DNA of 64,000 nucleotides from Gemmatimonadota bacterium (GTDB lineage: Bacteria; Gemmatimonadota; Gemmatimonadetes; Gemmatimonadales; GWC2-71-9): NCBI GenBank assembly GCA_041482275.1, contig JBGPDL010000002.1, positions 16,545-80,544 on the forward strand. Reading direction: 5' to 3'. The translations under genes and the position numbers were made by a program. Shown one piece after another: positions 36,540 through 46,065 of this stretch (its first letter is position 1; each line of letters begins with the position of its first letter). Under the pieces are notes generated by a model. It made no database searches, was not told where the DNA came from, and saw only the letters and a program-made list of their open reading frames with translations.

Positions 36540-37936
36540 ATGACCGACACCTTGATGGTCGGGGTCTCGGGCGTCCGCGGCATCGTCGGGAAGGACTTGA
36601 CCGAGGAGATCGTGGCGCGCTGGGCCCGCGCGTTCGGGCGTTGGGTGCGCGAGGGGAGGGCCGGGGGACGGGGGACGCGTGTGTCCGTCGTGGTCGGGCG
36701 CGATGCGCGGACCTCGGGACCCGCGTTCACCGCCGCCGTGACCGCCGGCCTGACCGCTGCCGGCTGCGACGTGGTCGACGTCGGCCTCGTGCCCACCCCC
36801 ACGGTCCAGCTCGCGGTCGAGTACCACCACGCGGGCGGCGGGATCGCGATCACGGCGAGCCACAACCCGATCGAGTGGAACGCACTGAAGTTCATCGGCT
36901 CGGACGGGATATTCCTCGACGGGGACGACGGTCGCCGAGTGTCCGAGCTCGCCGCGCCGCAGGGGGAACGGGGGACCCTCAAGGACTCCCTGACGGTCGC
37001 GGGGGGAGGGGGAAGGGTAGAGACGGACGCCCACGCTGTCGAGCGGCATCTCGACGGAGTGTTGCAGCTGTCGGCGGTGGACCTTCAGGGGATTCGGAAG
37101 CGGAGGTTCGCGGTGGCACTCGATGCGGTGCGTGGGGCGGGAGGCCCCGTGATGCGCACGCTGCTCGAGCGGCTGGGCTGTCGTGTCGTGGGGATCAACC
37201 TCGAGACGGACGGTCGGTTTCCTCGTGCGCCCGAGCCGATTCCGGAGAACCTGGGTGAGCTCGCCGCCCTGGTGCGTCGCTCGGGCACGGATGTCGGCCT
37301 CGCCGTGGACCCGGACGTGGACCGGATGGCGATCGTGGACGACCGAGGCGCGCCGATCGGGGAGGACTATACGCTGGCGCTGGCGGTGAGAGCGGTGTTG
37401 GGGCAGGGGGAAGAGGGAAGACGGAAGGGTGCCGTCGTCGTTTGCAACCTGTCCACGAGCCTCGTCGTCGAAGACGCGGCGCGCGAGTGCGGCGCCGAGG
37501 TCGTGCGTACGCCGGTGGGCGAGGCTCACGTCGCACGGAAGATCATCGAGCTCAGGGCCCCGATCGGCGGCGAAGGGAACGGCGGGGTGATATATCCCGC
37601 GTTGCACGTCGGGCGCGACGCGCCGGTGGCCGCGGCGCTGCTGCTCACGCTGCTCGCCCGGGAGGGCCGTCGGGTGAGCGAGCTGGTGGTGGCGGCCCCG
37701 CGGTACGTGATCGTCAAGGCCAAGGTGCCCCGAGGCCCGGCGCTCGAGCCGGTGTACGCCGCGCTGCGCCGAGGGCTCGCCGACGCCCGGGCGGACACGC
37801 AGGACGGCTTGCGCCTGGCCTGGCGCGACCGCTGGCTCCACGTGCGACCGTCGAATACGGAGCCGATCATCCGGCTCATCGCCGAAGCGCCGACCGGCGC
37901 GGCGGCGCGGGACCTGGTCGACGAAGGACGGCGTCT

Positions 37937-37952
<16 letters not shown>
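36540..37952 (+). CDS. Phosphohexose mutase family (phosphoglucosamine/phosphomanno-mutase; glmM-like by context)
   Basis: ORF 36540..37952. Active-site TASHNPIEWNALKF and metal loop AVDPDVDR. Overlaps the glmS start by 16 nt. Confidence 0.85.
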
Positions 37953-39765
<1,813 letters not shown>

Positions 39766-39769
<4 letters not shown>

Positions 39770-40215
39770 GGGTCGTCCTGCAACGCGTGGCCCGTGCAGA
39801 GGTTCGCGTTGGTGGTCGCGTCACCGGATCCATCGGTGTGGGGTTCGTGGTCCTCGCGGGGTTCGCGCCCGCAGACAGCGAAGACACCCTCGGCTGGATG
39901 GCGGAGAAGATCCTCGGTCTCCGGCTGTTCGGCGATTCGCAGGACAAAATGAACCTGGCGCTCGCCGACGTCGCCGGCGGGCTGCTGGTCGTCTCGCAGT
40001 TCACGCTGTACGGCGACGCGAAGAAGGGACGGCGTCCGAGCTTCACGGACGCGGCGCCACCAGAGATCGCGATCCCGTTGTACGAGCGCTTCGTGGCGCT
40101 GCTCAAGGAGCGAGGAGCAGGGAGTGGGACTCGCGTGGAGACGGGAGAGTTCGGGGCAATGATGGAAGTGGAACTGGTCAACGACGGGCCCGTCACGTTG
40201 ATTCTCGAACGATGA
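39766..40215 (+). CDS. dtd: D-aminoacyl-tRNA deacylase
   Basis: ORF 39766..40215. (M)RVVLQRV...SQFTLYGD...GRRPSF motifs. The GTG overlaps the glmS stop. Confidence 0.9.
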
Positions 40216-40784
40216 TCGTCCTCGCGAGCGGCTCTCCGCGGCGGCGCCAGCTGCTCGAGATGCTCGGGATCCCGTTCCGGGCCGTGGCGCCCGAGGTGGA
40301 CGAGACGCGCGGGCCGGCGGAGCAGCCGGAGGGCTACGTCACCCGCTTGGCGCGCGAGAAGGCCACGGTCGTGGCGGCGCGGGAGCAGGGCGCCGTGGTG
40401 CTTGCGGCGGATACGACGGTGGTGCTGCGCGGTCGCGTGTTCGAAAAGCCCGCCACGCCGGACGAGGCGGTCGAGATGCTCAAGCGGCTGCAGGGGCGGA
40501 AGCATCAGGTGCTGACGGCGGTGGCGGTGGCGTGCGACGGCAGGGTCGAGCACGCACTCGACGTGACCGACGTGATGTTCCGGCGCCTCTCGGACCACCT
40601 GATCGCCGAGTACGTCGCCACGGGGGAGCCGCTCGACAAGGCGGGGGCGTACGCGATCCAGGGGAAGGGCGCCGCGCTGGTCGAGGGGATTCACGGCGAC
40701 TTCTTCGGCGTGATGGGGCTGCCCCTGCGGCTCGCGCTCGATCTGCTGGCGCGCTTCGGGGTGCCCTACCGCTTCACCCGGTAG
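40212..40784 (+). CDS. maf: Maf-like nucleoside triphosphate pyrophosphatase
   Basis: ORF 40212..40784. MIVLASGSPRRRQLL...AGAYAIQG. ATGA overlap with dtd. Confidence 0.9.
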   Translation: MIVLASGSPRRRQLLEMLGIPFRAVAPEVDETRGPAEQPEGYVTRLAREKATVVAAREQGAVVLAADTTVVLRGRVFEKPATPDEAVEMLKRLQGRKHQVLTAVAVACDGRVEHALDVTDVMFRRLSDHLIAEYVATGEPLDKAGAYAIQGKGAALVEGIHGDFFGVMGLPLRLALDLLARFGVPYRFTR

Positions 40785-42391
40785 ACCGGAATCTTCTTCG
40801 CTTTCCCCTTCATCTGGATCGGCTCCAGGGTCTCGACCTCGGGCGGCTGCTTGAGCTGCTGGAAGAACGGCTCGGAGATGAGTATCTCGTTTGGGCCGGC
40901 GCTGGAGCAGAGGCGGGATGCCGTGTTCACCGCGTCGCCGATCACGGTATACTCGAGCCGGCGGTCGGAGCCGATGTTCCCCGCAAACACCTCGCCGAAG
41001 TTGATGCCGATCCCGATGCCGAGCTCCTGCCGTCCCTGTTCCTTCCATTTGGCGTTGAGCTTCTCGAGCGCGACGAGCTGGTCGACGGCGCATGCGATGG
41101 CGCGCTGTGCGTCGTCTTCGTGCGCGATCGGCGCTCCCCACAGCGCCATGATCGCATCACCCATGAACTTGTCGAGCGTGCCGCCGTGCTCGAACACGAT
41201 CTCCACCATCTCGGTGAAGTACTCGGTAAGCAGGGTCGCGATGTCGTCCGGGCCCATCGTTTCCGACATGCTCGTGAAGCCGCGGATGTCCGAGAAAAAG
41301 ATCACGACCGGCCGCTTCTGGCCGCCGAGCTGGACCGCGCCCTCCTGCTGGGCGATCTGGGCGGCGAGGTTGGGGGCGAAATAGCGCTGGAAGTTCGACA
41401 GCACGAGCGCCTCGCGCCGCAGCCGCTCGGAGCGTTGCGAGTTCTCGATCGCCACGGCGGCGAGCGAGCCGAACGCGATGAGGAACTTGAGGTCGTCGTC
41501 GGAGAACGAGTGCGTGGCCGTCAGGTTATCCACGTACAGGATGCCGAGCACCTTCTGGTCGGTCCCCATGAGCGGCGTGCACATGGCGCTGCGGACGCTC
41601 TGGATCAGGATCGACTTCCCCTTGAACCGCTCGTCGGCCGCGGTGTTGTCCGACAGGATGGCGACGCGATCCTCCACCACCCGGCGCGCGATCGACTGCG
41701 GCACGTGCTTCGAGGCCGACGACTGGGCCGTGCGCCCTTTAGAGATCCGCGGCACCAGCTCCCCGGTCGCGGCCTCGAGCAGCAGGATCGATACGCGGTC
41801 GACGTTCATGACCTGGAACGTGAACTCGACCACTTTGTCCAGCAGCCGATCGAGCTCCTGCTGCTTGGACAGCTCCTTCGAGATCTCGAGCAGCAGCTCG
41901 AGCTTCTTTTCGCGCAGCTCCTCGAGCGACTTGGCCGTAACCTTCAGGTGCGAAGCGCCCGACGGAGCGGCGGTGACGATCGCGGGGATCCCGCCCGAGA
42001 CGCTGACGGGCAGCTGGCGCACGATGGTGCCGGCCGCGGCCTTGGCGCCCGCGAACTCGGCCGATGCGGGCGGCACGACTTGCGGCCGCGCGACGGGCGC
42101 GCTGACCTCCTTCACGCGGAAGGCCACCTTGCCGAACGTGATGACGTCGTTCTCGCCGGCAAGCGCCTCGGTGATTCTGGCGCCGTTCAGGAACGTGCCG
42201 TTGGAAGAGCCGACATCCTTCACTTTCACGCCGCCGTCGGTGAGCGACACCTCGGCGTGCCGGCGGGAGATGGTGGGGTCGTAGATCGGGACGTCGCTCG
42301 TCACCGCGCGCCCGACGACGATGGTACGGCCGGGCTGCAGGTCGATGGACTGCTCGCCCGTCGTGCTCAGCAGCTTAAACACAGCCGCCAA
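40766..42391 (-). CDS. FHA - GAF - class III adenylate cyclase
   Basis: ORF 40766..42391. FHA (GRAVTSDVPIYDPTISRRHAEV...SSNGTFLNG), central GAF, and cyclase (VIFFSDIRGFT...DKFMGDAIMALWGAP...IGDAVNTASR). TTG start 6 nt after the trpE stop. Confidence 0.85.
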   Translation of the reverse strand: MAAVFKLLSTTGEQSIDLQPGRTIVVGRAVTSDVPIYDPTISRRHAEVSLTDGGVKVKDVGSSNGTFLNGARITEALAGENDVITFGKVAFRVKEVSAPVARPQVVPPASAEFAGAKAAAGTIVRQLPVSVSGGIPAIVTAAPSGASHLKVTAKSLEELREKKLELLLEISKELSKQQELDRLLDKVVEFTFQVMNVDRVSILLLEAATGELVPRISKGRTAQSSASKHVPQSIARRVVEDRVAILSDNTAADERFKGKSILIQSVRSAMCTPLMGTDQKVLGILYVDNLTATHSFSDDDLKFLIAFGSLAAVAIENSQRSERLRREALVLSNFQRYFAPNLAAQIAQQEGAVQLGGQKRPVVIFFSDIRGFTSMSETMGPDDIATLLTEYFTEMVEIVFEHGGTLDKFMGDAIMALWGAPIAHEDDAQRAIACAVDQLVALEKLNAKWKEQGRQELGIGIGINFGEVFAGNIGSDRRLEYTVIGDAVNTASRLCSSAGPNEILISEPFFQQLKQPPEVETLEPIQMKGKAKKIPVYRVKR

Positions 42392-42397
42392 TATAGT

Positions 42398-43912
42398 TCA
42401 CCCTGCTGCCTTCGCGAGCGCCAAGGCCTTGAGCACGGCCTGCGCCTTGTCTTCGGTCTCGCGGAACTCGCGCGCCGGATCCGAGTCGGCCACGATCCCC
42501 GCGCCGGCCTGCACCACCACGCGGTCCCGGCGCACCAGCGCGCAGCGGATCGCGATGGCGGTGTCGAGGTTGGTGGCGCCCCAGCCGACGTACCCCACCG
42601 CGCCGGCGTAGGGCCCGCGGCGCTCGGGCTCGAGCTCGTCGATGATCTCCATCGCGCGGACCTTGGGCGCCCCCGTCACCGTGCCCGCGGGGAAGCAGGC
42701 CTTGAAGACGTCGAGCGCGTCGTAGCCGTCGCGCAGCTCGCCCCGCACCTCGCTCACGAGGTGCTGCACGTGGGAATAACGCTCCACAGCGAGCAGCTCG
42801 GTGACACGCACGGTACCGAACTGCGCCACCCGCCCTACGTCGTTCCGCCCCAGATCGACGAGCATCATGTGCTCGGCGCGCTCCTTTTCGTCGGCGAGGA
42901 GCTGCCGCGCGAGCGCCTCGTCTTCCTCCGGCGTGCGGCCGCGAGGGCGCGTTCCGGCGATCGGGCGGACGGTGACTTCGCTTCCCTCGACCCGGACCAG
43001 CACCTCGGGCGAGCTGCCGAGCAGCGTGAAATCGTCGAGCTGGAGGTGGAAGAGATAGGGGGCGGGGTTCAGGGCCCGGAGGTAGCGGTACAGCAGCAAG
43101 GGATCGACGGCGCCGGGGGCTTCCTGACGGCGCGACAGGACGGTCTGGAACGTGTCGCCCGCCCCGACGTATTCGAGCACGCGCGCCACGTCGCGCTCGA
43201 ACGCGTCGCGCGGGTAACGCGACTCGGTCGCCACGGGGGGGAGACCGTTCCGCAGGGCGAGGGGTGCGAGCTCGTGCCGGTCGCCGAGCCGCCCGATGAT
43301 CTCCTCCACCCGCGCCTCCGCCGCGTCGTACAGCCGCAGCCGCTCGGCGGGAGCCGCGCGGGGCGGCACCTCCACGTTCGCCAGGACGATCGCTCGCCCG
43401 AACAGGTTGTCGAGGATCACGAGCGTGTCGGCGATCATCAGGACGGCGTCGGGCACGTCGAGCGTGTCGGCGGGCGGATGGGGCAGCCGCTCGACGGTGC
43501 GCACCAGGTCGTAGCCCAAGTAGCCGACGGCGCCGCCCGTGAAACGCGGCAGGCCGGGAACCGGCGCGCCGGGGAGCGCGCGCATGCGCTGGGCGAGGTG
43601 GCCGATCGGGTCGTCCGTCTCGCCGGCGGCCTTCCAGCCGGTGCTCCGCGTCCAGCGCTCGACGGACCGGCCGCGGTAGCGCCACACCTCGCGCGGCTCG
43701 GTGCCAAGGAAGGTGTAGCGGGCCCAGCGTTCTCCGCCGACCACTGATTCGAGCAGGAACGCGAACGGCGGCCGGGCGACTTTCGCGAACGCCGCGAGCG
43801 GGGTGTCGCCGTCGAGCACGACCTCGCGCACCACGGGGACCATGCCACCGCGCTCCGCGCGGGCGAGGAACTCAGCGCGCGCGTCGGTCATACCGCGGGG
43901 GACGGGGTACAC
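42398..43912 (-). CDS. trpE: Anthranilate synthase component I (chorismate-utilising enzyme; PabB-type not excluded)
   Basis: ORF 42398..43912. Chorismate-binding domain motifs (RPIAGTRPRG, GRYGAVGY-like GPYAGAVGYV). Alternative ATG start at 43891. Confidence 0.82.
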   Translation of the reverse strand: MYPVPRGMTDARAEFLARAERGGMVPVVREVVLDGDTPLAAFAKVARPPFAFLLESVVGGERWARYTFLGTEPREVWRYRGRSVERWTRSTGWKAAGETDDPIGHLAQRMRALPGAPVPGLPRFTGGAVGYLGYDLVRTVERLPHPPADTLDVPDAVLMIADTLVILDNLFGRAIVLANVEVPPRAAPAERLRLYDAAEARVEEIIGRLGDRHELAPLALRNGLPPVATESRYPRDAFERDVARVLEYVGAGDTFQTVLSRRQEAPGAVDPLLLYRYLRALNPAPYLFHLQLDDFTLLGSSPEVLVRVEGSEVTVRPIAGTRPRGRTPEEDEALARQLLADEKERAEHMMLVDLGRNDVGRVAQFGTVRVTELLAVERYSHVQHLVSEVRGELRDGYDALDVFKACFPAGTVTGAPKVRAMEIIDELEPERRGPYAGAVGYVGWGATNLDTAIAIRCALVRRDRVVVQAGAGIVADSDPAREFRETEDKAQAVLKALALAKAAG

Positions 43913-43962
43913 CGGGTATGCCCCGTTGCCCGCGGACCCCCGGGCCGCAAGATTTCGGCCCG

Positions 43963-46011
43963 ATGCGCGCCGCGCTCGCCGCCGCCCTCGCCCTCGGCGT
44001 GCTCACCTCGCCGGCCCCGGCGCGCGCACAAGCGTGGAACTCGGACGCAGCGCTCGCCTTGGCGCGGCGCGCCGTGCTGCGGCGCGGCGGCGCGGTGGCC
44101 GATACCTCGCTGCACGACTACAAAGCCCAGGCGCACGGGTTCCTCTTCTTTCTCGGGGCGTTCGGCCAGGGGCTCGCCGAGCCCCCGCGCCTCGTCAAGG
44201 CCGATCAGCTGGAGCTGGAAGTGTACTGGAGGGCCCCGGCGAGCAGCAAGCAGCGGGTGGTCGGCTGGCGCGACCAGGCGCAGCTGCCCACCGACATCAA
44301 CTATCACCGCGACCACCTCGGCATCATCCAGAACAATTTCGGCGCCGCGATCCGGCTGGGCGAAGGGGACGAGGTGCGCGACGTGCCTCATCCCCTCGCA
44401 CCGATCGGCCCGGAGACGTACGACTTCGCGCTGGGGGACACGACCGTCATCGCGTTTCCGGAGCGCGAGGTCCGGGTGGTGGCGCTGCGCGTGCGGCCCA
44501 AGGATTTCGGCCTTCCCCGCATCGTGGGCACCTTGTACCTGGACGCCGAGACGGCGGATCTGGTGCGCATGGCGTTCAACTTCACGCCCCGCTCCTATCT
44601 CGATCACCAGCTCGAGGACGTGAGTATCGTGCTCGACAACGCGCTGTGGGAGCAGCGCTACTGGCTGCCCTACCGGCAGGAGATCGAGATCCGCCGCCGG
44701 GCGACCTGGCTCGACGTGCCGGTGCGCGGGATCATTCGGGCCCGCTGGGAAATCGACGGCTACGCGTTCAACCTCGGGCTCGCGAAGAGCTGGTTTGCGG
44801 GCGAGGAAATCACGTTCCTGCCGAAAGCCGAGCGCGATTCCTTCCCGTGGACGGAGCCGCTCAGCGCCGCGCTGCAGGACGTGGCCGAGCCGGTCCGCCA
44901 GAACGATCTGGCGCGCGTGCGGGCGGAGGTGGAGCAGATCGCCGGGCGCCGCGCCCTGACGGGGCTCAAGGGCCGCCGGCTCGGCGTCCGCGGCGTGTCC
45001 GACCTGCTGCGCGCCAATCGGGTGGAAGGGCTCACGCTCGGGGCCGGGATCGTGCTGCGCGGCGGCGGCGAGCGGCGCGAGCTGCGCGCACTCGGGAGCT
45101 ACGGCTTCGCCGACCATCGGCCCAAAGGGTCAGCGAGCGCGGTCGGCCGCCAGGGCCGGGTCGCGCTCGAAGCGGCGGTGTACCGCGAAGTGCGCGACGT
45201 GGGCGACGCGCCCGTGATCGCGCCGCTCCTCAATTCCCTTTCGTCCCAGGAATTCGGGCGCGATTACGGCGACTACTACCTGGCGGACGGCGCGCGCCTG
45301 ACGTACCGCCACGGCGTCGGCGCGCGCGGAGAGTGGCGCGCCAGCGCCGGGCGGGAGTTCATCGGCTCGCTCCCCGTCGTCGCCTCGCCCGCGAACGGCC
45401 GCTTCCGGCCCAACCCCGCCCTCGGCGAAACCGGCGTCGACCTGGTGCAGCTCGCGTTCACGCGCAAGAGCGAAGGCTTTGCCGTGCGGCGCGACCTGCA
45501 CGTGGAGGCCGCGCTCGAGGCGGGGCGGCAGGACGGCGGCGCCACCTATCTGCGGTTCTCCGCCGGGGGCCATGTCTTGTTTCCCGCCGGGGCCACGCAT
45601 CTCCTGGTCCGCGCCTCGGGCGGCGCCGCGAGCGCCGACTTGCCGGCGCACCGCGCCTTCGTGCTCGGCGGGCGCGGGACGCTCTTGGGCGAAGAGTTCC
45701 GCCGCTGGGGCGGCGCCCGCATGGCGCTCCTGCATGTCGAGTGGCGGGTCCCGGTGCCGTTCGTCGCCGTCGGCGTCGGTCCCTACGCGCGCACCCCGCG
45801 CACCCTCACCGTGGCGCCGTACGTCGCGCTCGGTTGGGCCGCGCGGCCGCTCGCCGGCACGCCGTGGGCGGCCACGCCCGGCACCCGCGTCACGCTTGGG
45901 CTCGGGTTCGAGTGGCTGGGCGTGTTCCGGTGGGACGTCGGGTTCGCCGCGGCCACGCACCGGGTCGGACTCGCGTTGGACGTCGCGCGCGATTTCTGGG
46001 GCATCCTGTGA
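43963..46011 (+). CDS. Outer-membrane protein with Omp85/surface-antigen-like C-terminal barrel
   Basis: ORF 43918..46011, ATG 43963 preferred (MRAALAAALALGVLTSPAPARAQA signal). The C-terminal third has an Omp85-like FVLGGRGTLLGEEF motif and beta-strand periodicity. I saw no recognisable POTRA. Confidence 0.5.
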   Translation: MRAALAAALALGVLTSPAPARAQAWNSDAALALARRAVLRRGGAVADTSLHDYKAQAHGFLFFLGAFGQGLAEPPRLVKADQLELEVYWRAPASSKQRVVGWRDQAQLPTDINYHRDHLGIIQNNFGAAIRLGEGDEVRDVPHPLAPIGPETYDFALGDTTVIAFPEREVRVVALRVRPKDFGLPRIVGTLYLDAETADLVRMAFNFTPRSYLDHQLEDVSIVLDNALWEQRYWLPYRQEIEIRRRATWLDVPVRGIIRARWEIDGYAFNLGLAKSWFAGEEITFLPKAERDSFPWTEPLSAALQDVAEPVRQNDLARVRAEVEQIAGRRALTGLKGRRLGVRGVSDLLRANRVEGLTLGAGIVLRGGGERRELRALGSYGFADHRPKGSASAVGRQGRVALEAAVYREVRDVGDAPVIAPLLNSLSSQEFGRDYGDYYLADGARLTYRHGVGARGEWRASAGREFIGSLPVVASPANGRFRPNPALGETGVDLVQLAFTRKSEGFAVRRDLHVEAALEAGRQDGGATYLRFSAGGHVLFPAGATHLLVRASGGAASADLPAHRAFVLGGRGTLLGEEFRRWGGARMALLHVEWRVPVPFVAVGVGPYARTPRTLTVAPYVALGWAARPLAGTPWAATPGTRVTLGLGFEWLGVFRWDVGFAAATHRVGLALDVARDFWGIL

Positions 46012-46065
46012 GCGTTTCGGGCTGGACGGCGCCGGTCGGCCGGGTAGCTTTGGAAGGTTGACCGA

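Noticed and set aside
36640-37440. G-rich tracts in the PGM/PMM gene (for example GGGGACGGGGGACG at 36664 and GGGGCAGGGGGAAGAGGGAAG at 37401), examined as possible further heptad-palindrome elements
   Set aside because: No complementary arm is present downstream of any of them. They encode Gly/Arg/Glu-rich surface loops and are simply purine-rich coding sequence.
40532-43747. 1071-aa + strand ORF, the longest in the track, spanning the cyclase and trpE loci
   Set aside because: It runs antisense to two well-supported minus-strand genes and straight across their 6-nt spacer. The translation is Arg/Gly/Asp/His/Leu-rich low-complexity sequence with no motif. Stop codons are rare in the antisense frame of high-GC genes, so this is a shadow ORF.
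43913-43962. Two small hairpins (ACGGGG..CCCCGT at 43902-43925, which extends slightly left of this span, and GCGGACCCCCGGGCCGC at 43931-43947) upstream of trpE, considered as a trp attenuator
   Set aside because: There is no leader peptide with Trp codons and no alternative terminator/antiterminator pairing or U-tract. The spacer is only about 50 nt and is shared with a divergent gene, and the first hairpin overlaps the possible GTG start of trpE.
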